Assembly (NCBI GenBank): GCA_037379345.1
Contig: CM074514.1
Span: 744,001-808,000 of the forward strand
Length of the DNA stretch: 64,000 nt
Direction: 5' to 3'
DNA from: Perna viridis
Lineage: Eukaryota
Under the pieces are notes generated by a model. The model saw nothing but the letters and a program-made list of their open reading frames with translations. It made no database searches and had not been told where the DNA came from. Positions 26,796 to 39,566 of this stretch are shown piece after piece. Position 1 is the first letter of the stretch, and each line of letters opens with the position of its first letter. The translations under genes were made by a program, and so were the position numbers.

Positions 26796-29009
26796 TATAT
26801 CCATGTACAACAACCCTAACTATGTATGACAGATAGTATATTCTGCTTGTGTAAATTTTATTTTCTGCTTTATTTCCAGTATAAATGCAAAAAGTAAATT
26901 ACCTCAATCATAAAGGACTTAAGTTCTGGAAGACTTTGGTGATATAACAGTTATTATGTAACTGAGATTAAACAGAAATTAAATGACTTATCATATAACT
27001 TTGTATTTGATGGGTTGCTGGTTGGTAGCTCAGTTAAGTACAGGTCTTTCTAAGTGTTGTGCAGAACTCATAGATAATAGATGAATGGTATATAATTACA
27101 GGTTGAACATTATAATATTGATTCTGCACTACAATGTTATATATAATAGAATGGTTTTTATCTGAACCTTATTGTTTCCTTTGTAATATTTTGTATACTT
27201 TAAACCATCCAATTGATAGGTCAGTTCCATGCATTACCAGGTACTTAACAAAATTAACAGTGATTAATAAGCATATTTAAGTAGTTCCTGTGTCTTTTAA
27301 TCTTGTCATTTTAGGTTGGGCAGCTGAAGCTATGTGTGGTTGTAGGAAGTTCAATTTGTAAACTAAATAACTCAGAGTTGATTGGAATCCAGAATTTAAG
27401 TTAAATTCTGTCATTCTCAAAAATGAACATAAGCTAAATGTTTTAAGTTATCATTGAGACTATAAGTATACATGCTCTGATACTTCTATGTTGTATGGCT
27501 TGTTGCTGATACCATGTCATCTTTGTGTTCAATTATTAATAAATCAAGGAGGCAGACATATCAAATGTATTCACCCTAAATAAGTGTGATTACATTCCTT
27601 TATACCTGAATATGTGGGATTACATTGGTAAAGAAACACTCAGTTTTGTTTTTTTTTTATTTTGACTTGTTGAATTGATTGTAAATGTTTTCCATTTGAA
27701 GGATGATATACCACAGCTTTGGGTATTATAAGTTTGTCCTAACACATCTAATATTAAACACTGATTTGATGTGATAATGTCACTCAAGAAAAAAATGTGT
27801 TTCTGCTAATTTAACAAGACATTTATTTTGTTTGTGGACTTTCAGATATTGTTTTGTTGTTAATGCTACTGAAAATTTCTACTGGAGAAACAGTTCCAGG
27901 ACTTTATCAAATGTTTATTCCTTCATCTTAAATTTATCATAGCATTTTAGCTGAAACACTAATATTGTTTTCTTTAGAAAGAAATGAGATACAAAAACTG
28001 TATGCACTGCTTCATCAGTGTTAGTGGCACAAATTTCCAACCATAAAATTAATTCACTTCCTGGTTGCCATTCTGTAAATGGTTTAAAAAGTCTTTTTTG
28101 AAATCTGATTTCAATCTTTTAAATGGCTATGGATTTGTCACATTGAAACATTGTAATGGATATTAGATGTAAATTTCTGCTACATAAACTTCAGAGTGTT
28201 TTAGTTAATTCTAAGTTGGAATATATTCCTTTCAGAGTTATTTTTTAATCATAACTATATTTAATTCACTTGATGTGTAGATAAAGTGCACTGTATTAAA
28301 TATCAGTTAAACAACACCATTAATGCTTATATTTGCCAGTCTCATGGAAGGAGGAAATTTTGGCACCTTTGGTAGCAGATTATTTAAATATGGGCATCTT
28401 TGAAAGATCAGTTTTGTAATATATGCCATTATATTCATCTTCTGGAACTCCCTTGATTCTTATGATTTCAGCCTACAGATGGGCATGTAAACAATTAAAT
28501 CATGACATCATCAAAAACCTTATCACTGATAAAATCTATCAATTAAGCAGGAATAGATACCCTTACGATGTATCAACTACAATAGCCATTAGAATCACAG
28601 GAACTTTAGATCAAGATTTTGATCCATTGAATGGGCAAAAATTGTACTAAAATGCTGTTTTAATGATTTTTTACATGTTTTTTTTTAGTGTATGGGCTTA
28701 GATAGTAAAAAAAATTGTTAAAATAGCGTTTTAATACATATTTTGACCATTTAATGGATCAAACTCACGATCTTAAGTCCCTGTTATCAAACACCTTAGA
28801 TTGTGTCACCTTTAATGTCATAACTATCATAAACTTAGGCTTAAAGATGTTCAATGGTTTACTAATTAATGCTATAAAAATTAAAATTTTGGCAAATATT
28901 ACTGGTTTTATTATCCTGAACATATACATTTATTTATGTTGACATGTTGAATAATAGTGCTATTATGAATGGTTTGTCTTGTATTTTGTTCATCTTACAA
29001 GGCATTTAA

Positions 29010-29338
29010 CGAGGTAGACCTAGGATAAGGGACACAACTCTTACAAATAATTGAAACGTTAACATCAATTTCATGTAAGCATCAAAGTAACTTGGACTAA
29101 TTTCATTCTGTTTCAAGGGAAAGCTTGAGACCGAATGAAAGAAGGGCTCATCTTCTTAAATTTTTTTTTGTTTTATTTATATTTTATTTGTATGTAGTTC
29201 CTTTTTACCTTTTTAATGTGGTTATTGTTCACTTATTTGTTATTCTTATGAAAGCTTGAAAGGCTTTGGTGAAATTGAATATGATACAAACTTATCACTG
29301 ATTTCAAGCGTTATGTCCCTTACCCTTGGTCTACCTCC
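29010..29338. mobile_element. MITE with ~30-bp TIRs and TTAA-like flanks (Kolobok/piggyBac type)
   Basis: ttaa|cgaggtagacctaggataagggacac ... tatgtcccttacccttggtctacctcc|ttag. Confidence 0.7.
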
Positions 29339-29540
29339 TTAGGGGTAAACAAAGATTAATGAAAAATGTTGCATTCTACAACAATATTGCATGCTGTTAT
29401 CTATGAAGAAGTATTTAACAGTTCATTCATTTCAACTTTGTACATTACTTTAAATGATAGTAATTGATAGTCTACAATATAAATTCTGATACATTTAGTG
29501 AATGAAGCTTTTAGATTGACTTCATATTATGCATTTTCAG

Positions 29541-29653
29541 AATGTTGAATTACCAGACTGGCAGAAAGCCTATCTTAGGGGAACAGCTATGGAAATGTAC
29601 ACAGAATATCTCTCAAGTTCCTTCAATGGGATGACTTTTCCAGAGGCTGCAGA
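29541..29653 (+). CDS. KCNMA1: Slo1 exon, RCK1 ([38 protein letters not shown])
   Basis: ttttcag / gtgagt, 113 nt, phase 0-2. Confidence 0.95.
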
Positions 29654-29753
29654 GTGAGTAGTACTATAGGGGTCATAGGTCATTATGCAGTCAAATTACT
29701 GTTCAAGACCTCTTCCCTGAAGCTACATAGTATATTCTGTCTGTTCTAGTCAT

Positions 29754-29918
29754 AAGAGTAATTAAGGGAACCAAGATTCTAGCGGTAATCAAAAGAATGT
29801 AATACAGGGACAAAGACCAGACATGGAAAACAAACACAACAAAGAATGTAAAATAACCAAAATAATATATACAAAGTAACAAAAGTAAATGACCAACTCG
29901 GACTCCACTAAAAACTAT
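29754..29918 (-). mobile_element. Short 3'-end copy of the Penelope-like family
   Basis: Same terminal block as 49247. Confidence 0.8.
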
Positions 29919-30150
29919 AAAATGTAGGAAGCTACCATAGTATATCATCTGTGTAAAAATATGTTTGCTTGAAAAGATTGCTTTTTGTGAATGCTTTCAT
30001 ATTTTGAATATCAAATGAAATCTTGAAATCTTTCCATGAATACATTTTCCCATGTGCATTCTACTTCTTCCATTCTTTCTGTGCCTTATTATAATACATC
30101 ACTAATATATTATTTTAACTTGATTTGTCTTGACATTTAACTTATTACAG

Positions 30151-30309
30151 GTTATGTTTTTCCAAGTTAGAGCTATTATTACTTGCTATAGAAGTCAGAA
30201 CAGAAGATGGAAGGGAGAGCACTCTAGCCATTAATCCTGGCTATAAGATTAAGATAGAGAATGCCACTCAGGGTTTCTTTATAGCTGAATCTGCTGAAGA
30301 GGTGAAAAG
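30151..30309 (+). CDS. KCNMA1: Slo1 exon, RCK1 ([30 protein letters not shown]...ESAEEVK-R)
   Basis: ttacag / gtattt, 159 nt, phase 2-2. Confidence 0.95.
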
Positions 30310-30679
30310 GTATTTTTTATACACCCAGGGGCTATGTAAGATTCAAATATAGACAGAGGAGGTATACACTTAGAACTCTGTAGTTCATACCTTATCAAGG
30401 TAAACATTTTAATGATTAACTAAAAACCTGGTCAAGAGCTTTTAATGTGAATTCATGAAATAAATGTCTTATGTGGTAAAGCCCCTCACTAGTTTGCTGT
30501 CTTTCCAACAGTGAAGGTTAAATTCCTTTGAAATTGATTACCCAAGGTATGTTTCTTAATAGTGTGCTTGTAGTCCTTAATCTTTAAAATACATAGTAAT
30601 TACATGCCCCCAAAAACTACTGATTTATCTCCCTTACTAACTACTTTAAGAAATAGTTGCCATTCTGATATATTTCCAG

Positions 30680-30756
30680 AGCATTTTACTACTGCCAAGC
30701 CTGCCATGGTGCATTAAAGGAAGCAAGAGCTATCAAGAAATGTCGTTGTCGACCAT
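30680..30756 (+). CDS. KCNMA1: Slo1 exon with heme-binding-type CxxCH motif (AFYYCQACHGALKEARAIKKCRCRP)
   Basis: tttccag / gtatgt, 77 nt, phase 2-1. Confidence 0.94.
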
Positions 30757-31459
30757 GTATGTATATTCTATCTGGGAATAAACATGTCTTAGATTGTTAT
30801 GTGCATACATTGATATAGACAGAGCAATGTGTAGATAGATGCTAGGTGTGTCACAAAATTCAGCTTTATTAAATGGTAGATTTTAGATGTTAGTCCTTTT
30901 GTTTTACTGTAAATATGAATTGAAAGCTTACTGTGGACAAATATGAGTTATATTCAGACTATCATTCATGCTTTGCAATATGGCTGACATCATGTGACAA
31001 GTTAGCTTTGCACTGATTGGTTAGTTGTGAATCAGGGACATAAAATGAGCTGGGCTTCTTTAGCTGTAATACTTTGGTCAGGATGCCTGTATTTTTTTTT
31101 GAATTTTGATCATTGAGTAATAACATGTACGCCATTAAACAAATACCAAGTAAAATGTCTCCACATATGATATCTGTTTGTCAAGTTTCACATGTGTAAT
31201 ATGGTTACTAACTTGTACTTTATATGAAAATCAATAATTTTTATATTTTTATTTCTTGACACAGTTTGTAATTTATTGTTCAATTTTATCTAAGGATTCC
31301 TCACTTAAGATTATAGTGGTCATTATGGTTAAATACTATAATTAATTTAATATATTATACATTCAATATTTGATTGAATTAATATTTTAGACAATTGTTA
31401 AATTGTTTGTAGTACCCTGATTCATACATTCCTAATTAATGTGATCCACAAATTTCCAG

Positions 31460-31507
31460 TTATAGCAAAGCTTGTGACAGCAGGCCATAGATGTTCTTTA
31501 TCATTTG
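31460..31507 (+). CDS. KCNMA1: Candidate Slo1 linker cassette exon, 48 nt (IAKLVTAGHRCSLSF)
   Basis: aatttccag / gtaaaa, open and phase 1-1 symmetric; no homology support. Confidence 0.35.
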
Positions 31508-32004
31508 GTAAAAGCATGGGCATTAGTATGGATCCTTAACACATCTTACAAAAATTTGTTTTTCCCTCTGTGGAATTTCCTCAGTAGAATGGACTTATTT
31601 CATGATGAACTTGAAGCTGCTTTGTCATGGAATTCATACTGACTATTATTAATATTTTAATGATATGTATTTGCCTTTAATTTATAAAGATATTGTTGGG
31701 ATTATAATGGTGTTCTTAATTTTATGCTACAGTGTACTGTACTCAGCAAAGGTTTTTTAGCTTTTAATTATATCATGTTTATTGATTGACCTTTATTGAA
31801 TTCAAGGCAAATATATCAAAATTGTTGCCCAACAATCAAGCATGTAGCCATACAAATCTAGTGATCTTGGATAAGATGAATAAATTCAGGAATCTGTATA
31901 TAAAGTTACATGTCAATCATATGATGAAGCCTTTGTTGACTGAGCAGAACCTTACACATCAAATTTCTGAATTTGTCCATCATTGCATGTATTTTTTTCT
32001 GTAG

Positions 32005-32076
32005 TAACAGAAATCATTTCCACAGACCCGAATATGTGTAAGACTCAACCACTGTTAGACTGGTATATCAGGGGAG
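32005..32076 (+). CDS. KCNMA1: Candidate Slo1 linker cassette exon, 72 nt (TEIISTDPNMCKTQPLLDWYIRG)
   Basis: ttttttctgtag / gtaatt, open, phase 1-1, TGCATG at 31984. Confidence 0.55.
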
Positions 32077-32108
32077 GTAATTTTGATTATCTTTCTTTTT
32101 TTAATTAG

Positions 32109-32144
32109 TGGCATTATTCAAGAAAGGAGCAACAGCTGTCATAG
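32109..32144 (+). CDS. KCNMA1: Slo1 linker micro-exon, 36 nt (LALFKKGATAVI)
   Basis: Long pyrimidine tract + tag / gtttgt, phase 1-1; resembles the segment after CKCRP in Aplysia Slo1 as I recall it (LAMFKKGAAAV). Confidence 0.85.
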   Translation, partial: WHYSRKEQQLS

Positions 32145-33097
32145 GTTTGTTAACTTTTTATGTTGTATTTTTGTCTCTTCATTTTTTATTAATTTTTCTC
32201 TAATATGTTTTTCAGAAAATAATTTTTAAACTCGGAGCCACAATAAATATACAAAATTTGTTTAGTTTTTCATTTCATTGAATCTTTGCATGGTTTTTGG
32301 TTATGAATGTCTTCTATTGATTACAGCATATTAAACTCAAAGATGTATCAAACTACCTTTATAGAGTAGTGTTAGACTTCTCTGAAAATGGTACACAATA
32401 TCCTTATACTGTTGTTTTCAGTAATAACTGTATTATGTCTGTTAAATGTTGAATATATTCTGATGGATTTTTTTATAACACATGTATCTCATTAGAAGTA
32501 CCAAATAAATTTAATATTGTAATTAATATCCTGCAGATTTTATATGATTAGAAGAAAAGAAATCCTAAAATGGAGATTTTATTTTTAATTTTCAATTTAG
32601 AATCTCACATGTTTATGTACATAGATTAATATTCATTGGTCTGTAAGTAAATCATCAGATTTTAAGACACAACTATCAAAATAAATATTTTCATTATCAG
32701 TGTGTATAGTCAAAGATAATCTGTCTGTTGTTAAAGAACTGAACTCAAACACTTTGATTATGTTTATAGTAAATAGTATAACATTGTGTCACATGCTACA
32801 ATTCTTGTTTAATTTTTCCTTCATTATTGTAGAAGACACAACACATTGATGTACAATCATTTTTTTTAAGTTTCCTTAACCTGTTACATTTTATAAGTTA
32901 ATATTTTTTTCTTATGAGATGTTCATATTGCACAAATTTTAACTGGGTCAGGTTGATTGAATGGCTTAAGAATTTTAAGTACCAGTAGATTTAAAGACAC
33001 TGGCAAATTTAACATAGTTTTATATTTGATTAAAGAGACATTAAACTAAGACATACAAACTAAAAGTTAATCATAAATGATTTTGTGTTTATAACAG

Positions 33098-33142
33098 GGA
33101 CCCACTCATTATTCAAAGCTGGTGAGCGCATGAAAAAACATG
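33098..33142 (+). CDS. KCNMA1: Candidate Slo1 linker micro-exon, 24 nt (donor gtgagc after 33121) or 45 nt (donor gtagac after 33142)
   Basis: ttttgtgtttataacag acceptor; both versions are open and phase 1-1 (THSLFKA[GERMKKH]). Confidence 0.45.
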
Positions 33143-34683
33143 GTAGACTATGTTATTATTAACACGTTTATATGCCTTTCACATTTGTTGTAACCAATGT
33201 TCATTAATATATTACCTACATAAGATTTAGTTTTATCTAATCAACAACAGAAGAAAAAACCCTTGCAAAATTTCAGAGTTCATTATCATTTCAACTTGAT
33301 AAAGGAAAAAGAAATTTCAATACACATTTTAGAAATATTTATTTCAATTTCCATGAAGACTTATACATTAATCAAGGATTATTTGGGATACAATATATAT
33401 ACAATTTATGTTCTAGGGGAAATAATTCTTCTGTAATACAGTGGGGGTAATCCTATACATCTGTAGATCTTTTTTGTCAGGCCTAGTTGAAATCTATGTC
33501 CAGTTTTATGCTAACAATTCACAGAAAATCACCTATCGTTACTGCCTGGCACTTCCCATTGTTTTTTTTTAGGTCATTTACATATACATCTGTATGTGAA
33601 ATAAACATTTGATATTGAGACTAGTGAATGTTGATATAAATGTGATATTTACATGTGCTGAAGCTAATGTATGCAAATAAATGGTTATATATGACATGTA
33701 TGTGTGATGAAGCAAGTTCTATATCATTATTGTATGATATTGTATTTTAGCATTGAAGAGATTTCTGAGCTATAAATCATTAAGACCTAGAATTGGTCCT
33801 TTATGTGAGTTAACAACATACAATATATTCAGGAAAATAGTAAAATGCAATTAACAATAATTATATAATAGTGGTACACTTTAATATCAAGGGAGACAGC
33901 TTGGAACAACTAATTCTTTGTAGGTAGATCTACTAACTTAAAACATAGAACTTTCATTTTCCATTTAACAATGAACCATTTAGTCACTTGCTAATTTCTG
34001 GATATAATTTGCATGTGTGCAAATTTTCTTTTATAATCTTATTGAACTGAATGTAATTTCATGATATTTCATGGATATTATTAATAATTACATATAGATG
34101 TTACATATTAGATATTTGATGTTTTAACTTATAACCAGGAAGTGCTAAGGAATAATTTTAGATTTTAAAGGCTCCAAAGTTAGTATGTAAATGAGATAAT
34201 AAAGTATCTTTTGATGAAACTGAAAGTGGAATGGCCTTGTTTTGCACCAATACATTTGTAGACTTAGTAATGATCTCACAGATTGTGGTCTATTATAATA
34301 TAATCTTAATATGCATATTTTTTATGTGTATAATATTTTTTAAATAGTTTTATTACCTTAAATAGGATAGCAGTGTGTGTTTACATGGTGTTGGGAATAC
34401 TTGGTTACATTTGTATCATTGAAAACTTATTCAGTGTCAAAGAGATTGCAATATACATTGATTGTTGTTATGAATTGTTGTAAAGTGATTTATATTTATT
34501 GTTTTAGAGTGATGTACATTCATATTATGAAACTTTTCTACAGGCTTTGATTTTGAAAATAAACATCTTATAAAAATACAAAGCTTACTGATGCTGATCT
34601 AAACAAACACTATAATGAACAGGTAATTACAGTAAACAAACTTGACATCATATTACAGTGAATATAAATTCTATTTTTTATAG

Positions 34684-34753
34684 CGGCCAATCCAATGATG
34701 AATAAAGACAGAAGGAAATCTTCAGTAAAGATGAATACTGCTTTAAATGCAGG
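34684..34753 (+). CDS. KCNMA1: Slo1 linker exon, 70 nt (ANPMMNKDRRKSSVKMNTALNA-G), contains RRKS PKA-type site
   Basis: tttttatag / gtaagt; supplies the phase 1-to-2 switch needed to join the 38833 exon. Confidence 0.85.
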
Positions 34754-35158
34754 GTAAGTCTCAGTAAATCTCCATAAATCACGTACTGTCCTTGACTGTT
34801 CAAAATTACCATTATCATTTCTAGATAGTGATAAAAATCAGTATTATCTCCCATTTCCTTTAAAGCAGATGGTAATAGTGTTCATCCTTTGGTGGGCCTA
34901 ATTACATATACCTTTGTTTGCCAACTAATCATATTCAGATATATTATCTAAATTAACTTAATATTTTGTTGGTTAGAATTGAAAATGTGTAAGACTTTGT
35001 GTTGTTCTAATAAATTATAAAGAAAAAGTAAAGGGAAAGAATTTTTCATATTTAAATGATTTTTTTTAACTCTGAAATTTTTACTGGAAAGGGATGATTT
35101 GGAAAAATAGTAAAGTATAAGGCAATCTGACAATTACTGCTAGAATGGAATCGGTGTA

Positions 35159-35448
35159 TTCCCTGTGTTACAGTGTAAATCACTGGGGGTGGGGATACCT
35201 AGTTACCTGTGTTACAGTGTAGATCACTGGGGATGGGGATACCTAGTTCCCTGTGTTACAGTGTAGATCACTGGGGGGGATACCTAGTTTCCTGTGTTAC
35301 AGTGTAGATCACTGGGGGGATATCTAGTTCCCTGTGTTACAGTGTAGATCACTGCAGGGTACCTAGTTCCCTGTGTTACAGTGTAGATCACTGGGGGTAG
35401 GGATACCTAGTTCCCTGTGTTAAAGTGTAGATCACTAGGGGGATACCT
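35159..35448. repeat. ~41-bp tandem repeat x7
   Basis: ccctgtgttacagtgtagatcactggggggatacctagtt. Confidence 0.9.
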
Positions 35449-35508
35449 TGTTGTTGATCTAATTTACTCATACTTTATCTTTTTTTTTAAATACATTTAT
35501 GGTATGTT

Positions 35509-35740
35509 TAAAGGTGTGACAGAGTTAGACAAATGTAAAGGTGTGACAGAGTTAGGCAAATGTAAAGGTGTGACAGAGTTAGGCAAATGTAAAGGTGTGA
35601 CAGAGTTAGGCAAATGTAAAAGTGTGACAGAGTTAGGCAAATGTAAAAGTGTGACAGAGTTAGGCAAATGTAAAGGCAAATGTAAAGGTGTGACAGAGTT
35701 AGGCAAATGTAAAGGTGTGACAGAGTTAGGCAAATGTAAA
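35509..35740. repeat. 27-bp tandem repeat, about 8 copies
   Basis: taaaggtgtgacagagttaggcaaatg. Confidence 0.92.
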
Positions 35741-36638
35741 GAAATGTATATGGTCATTTAATTTACCATTTATTTTGTGAGTGGTGTCTGAAAATTTTGA
35801 AGACTCTTCTATTTACTGACTATTTGGGAATCAGAACCTATTGACTTTATTCGATAAAGAAGGGATATTCAATCATTGGGGGTATAAATAACAATTGTAA
35901 TTTTATTAATCTAATATTGTTTGAAGTTGCAGACATGTCCTGCTTCAAGTCAATAGTAATTTTTTTTCTTTAAATATTTTTTACTTTGATTACAAACTCA
36001 GCTATAATCTTAACCTAGGGTTTGAAATAAGGGGACCCCCGATTGCCCATGCTGTGCTAAAATTTACACAGGCAAGCTGGATTTCAAGGACTGGGGCCCG
36101 TAGGGCAAGTGGAAAATCCTGCTAGTTGAAAAATTTTCTTGTGTTCATGTCAAACAAAATAAAATTTAAGTGTGTTTTAGTGTGTAATTGTAAATTATAG
36201 GAGTTAATCTACATACCATCAGTGAAGTATTATTTTCTACATTCAGTGATGATAAATGAACCATTGATGTTGTTACTTTAGTTTGGACAAGATCATCTTA
36301 GCTAGAGAAAATTCTTGACTTTGATGGATTTCAGTGTTTATCTACCATTGGTTGTTTCCATTCTTACCTTCGCAGCCTATCTAATTGTAAATAGTGATAT
36401 TTTTAAGCCCTGATTAGTTTATATGTAGTATAAAGTTTTGAGGGCCAAGACAGAAGCTATGAAGATGGACATGTATGATCTTAAATATTCCCAGAATGAT
36501 GATAAGTAGGAGACAGAAGATATTGATGATAGTTATTTAGAATGTATTATTACTGTAGGAGTTGTTAATGTTACAAAACTGCCTGATAATGAAAAAGTAG
36601 TAAACTTTGAACTCACTGATAACATTGATATTTTCCAG

Positions 36639-36746
36639 CCCTGATGAGTTTGAGGATACTGAAGACAAGATCTCAAATGTCTTCTCCTTTCCTTTCTCTA
36701 AAGGGAAAAATTCTTCTGGCTCTCTGCGTGGACCAAGACTAGCAAT
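36639..36746 (+). CDS. KCNMA1: Candidate Slo1 linker cassette exon, 108 nt (PDEFEDTEDKISNVFSFPFSKGKNSSGSLRGPRLA)
   Basis: ttttccag / gtaaac, open, phase 2-2, GC-richer than flanks, TGCATG at 36754. Confidence 0.65.
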
Positions 36747-37543
36747 GTAAACATGCATGGTTATTGTGTCAGTAGATGGAATGAACTTAGAAGCTTATAA
36801 ATAATGTGGTCTGTAAATGCTTAAGTTTGGCCTACCCCTTTAGATATACCTTTCATTGTGACTTAGAATTTTAAAGAGTTTGGATCTGTTTGATGTAGAA
36901 TCATAATAGATTTTCCACTAAGACCAGATACCTATGTTTCCTGACATCTATTACTATACCAATGGCCTTATTTTAATTAAGGTTTAGTACCTGTCGTGAG
37001 TGTTTTCTCCCAATCTTATGATGCTTGTTAAGACTTGCTATGTGTCTACTGAGATATGTCACCATTCACTCCTTCTATTGTTAATCAGAACATTGGGTGT
37101 TTGCCCGGTCAATGCCTGGTTCAAAAGATCAACACTTCACCTAGATACAGACAATGATATATCTGTCTTATACATAGATACAGACAATGATATATCTGTC
37201 ACACTTGTGTATATAGTGAACAATAACATACTGATGCTATTTGTTGTAGTGCTTTGTTGTAAATGTCTACAGATATTTACTGCTACCTTTATCCATTAAA
37301 TGACACCCAATATTAGACAATTTTTATAAATGTTTCTTAATTTAGAACTTTCAGATACTTGTTCTTTTTAATATTCAGCAGTATATAAGTTCTTTCTTTT
37401 TGAAGTGAGCTGTTAAGTCTGTAATCTGTATTTTTACAGTTCATTGTAATACCAACTCACCACCTTCCATCAATAGTTATAACATGTTGCTTGTAGCTAA
37501 GCTTTTTAAGTCCTAACTAATACATTATATATTCATCCCACAG

Positions 37544-37582
37544 GGCTTTAGCACAGCTTTGGTCGAAATCAGCACAAAAGGA
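37544..37582 (+). CDS. KCNMA1: Candidate Slo1 linker cassette exon, 39 nt (ALAQLWSKSAQK)
   Basis: ctaac branch-like motif, cccacag / gtaaga, open, phase 2-2. Confidence 0.55.
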
Positions 37583-38832
37583 GTAAGAAATCACACTTTA
37601 TTGGAATCATTTGCATATCTGCTTAATTATGCTAGATGTATAGCTAGAGTCACATAAACTTGTCATCACTGTTGTCAACTGATAGATGGTAGAGGATATG
37701 TCACTGTCATTATAATCACATTTATTTTTTATTTTTGTACAAAGGCAAAAATATGGTTGTATAATGGTATCATGCTGTTGCCATCCATAGACATTTGATG
37801 TTCAGACAATTACTTCCGTAAAAGTGAATAGATTGTTTGAAATTGAACAAGGTGCCATATCCCAAAAGGAAGGCTGGGATTGATTTTTAAGGTTATAACT
37901 TTTTTAGAATTTGGGGTGAAAAAGAGGACACTTTGATCCTGCTCAAATTCTTATCCTGTGTTAAGCATTTAACCATAATGCAGATTTGGAGCTTAAATGG
38001 TATTCATGCATGCCACAACAGTTCAGTGTAAGATCTCTGTGGTAATGTCAAGCTGTTTTCTGTTAAACATTTTATTTAAACATATTTTTTTTCGAAATAT
38101 TGATTTCTGGTTTAAAACTTTCACTATTGTACTGGTTTCCAGTCCACTATTACATTTAAGGTTGCAAATGATTGTTGGTTTTGTTTTTATTTTTGACTTC
38201 TTTCACCTGACTTTATATCTGTAATATGTTTTTTTACGGAAAAACAGATATAGAATAATATTTTAATGACTTGAAATACACAGATGAAAAATGAAAGAGT
38301 AAAAGATGTACTTGTTTTTTATAGGTTAAGTTTATGTCATTATTGGCTTCACCACTTCACTTATTCTATGCTGAAATGAAAACACACTAGATTTATTTTA
38401 TTACGTAGATGGTGTTGGCTGAGGTTTCTATGTTAACTAGCACAAAGCATGAACTGCTTAGTTCACTTTCAAGATTTTATTTTATTTTCATACTTGTCAG
38501 TTTTAAATTACTCTATGTCGTAAATAGTTCATTAAATTAATATTCCTTGACTGCCACATAAAACACACATATACAAATACATGGACCACATACCATTAAT
38601 ATTTAGTCTTTATATCAGATAAAAAAATATGTAAATAAAGCTTTTTATTGCTATCTTTATTGTGTTAAGTGCTATTTTCTGTGTTGAATACATATGTTCC
38701 ACATTATGTGGCTGAATGCCATACATTGATCATTATTTAATCATTTGATGTCTACCATTACTTTGAAGGTACATGTATTTGCATTCATTTTTTTAATTAT
38801 AATGAAAAAATTTGTTTGTTATTTATTTCTAG

Positions 38833-38992
38833 GCCAACAAGTCCCAGTAAACAACAGTTACCTCTCCTTGAAAAGGAGCCAGTTGACACCCAGAATGATC
38901 AGAGTGTTGCCCCTGGTGAAGAACCCAGAAAGTTTGATTCTACGGGAATGTTTCATTGGTGCCCTTCTCGTCCATTAGACACTGCTGTCATG
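38833..38992 (+). CDS. KCNMA1: Slo1 exon, linker end to RCK2 start (PTSPSKQQ...EEPRKFDSTGMFHWCPSRPLDTAVM)
   Basis: tttctag / gtatgt, 160 nt, phase 2-0; conserved DSTGMFHW motif. Confidence 0.93.
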
Positions 38993-39566
38993 GTATGTAT
39001 TTATCTGATTCTATGGAATGTTTCATTGGTGTCTCTCTCGTCCATTCGACACTGCTGTAATGGTATGTATTTATCTGATTCTATGGGAATGTTTCATTGG
39101 TGCCTCTATTGTCCATTAGACACTGCTGTCATGGTAAGTAAGTATCTGATTCTATGGAATGTTTCATTGGTGCCCTTCCCATAGAATCAGATAAATACAT
39201 ACCATGACAGCAGTATCTAATGGATGAAAAGGGCACCAATGAAACATTCCATAGAATCAGATAAATACATACCATGACATTGGTGTCTCTCTCGTCCATT
39301 AGACACTGCTGTAATGGTATGTATTTATCTGATTCTATGGAATGTTTCATTGGTGTCTCTCTCGTCCATTAGACACTGCTGTCATGGTATGTATTTATCT
39401 GATTCTATGGGAATGTTTCATTGGTGCCTTTTTGGTCCATTAGACACTGCTGTCATGGTATGTATTTATCGGATTTCATGATAATCTTTCTTTTGTGTCC
39501 CTCTTGTTCATTAGATACTGCTGTCATGGTATGTATTTATCTAATGGATGGGAATGTTTCATTGGT
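38936..39566 (+). repeat. 70/71-bp array made of exon tail + donor, with internal inversion at 39176-39279
   Basis: Unit = last 57 nt of the exon + gtatgtatttatct. Confidence 0.95.

Noticed and set aside
34544-34622. Exon-like segment with ttttctacag and gtaatt borders in the linker
   Set aside because: 79 nt with an in-frame TAA in the required phase 1 frame; at best a poison exon, with no evidence
35417-35761. ORF (KCKGVTELG)n
   Set aside because: 27-bp tandem repeat artefact
36016-36412. Possible hAT-like MITE (tagggtttgaaata ... tatttttaagccctg)
   Set aside because: Imperfect TIR and no target-site duplication visible
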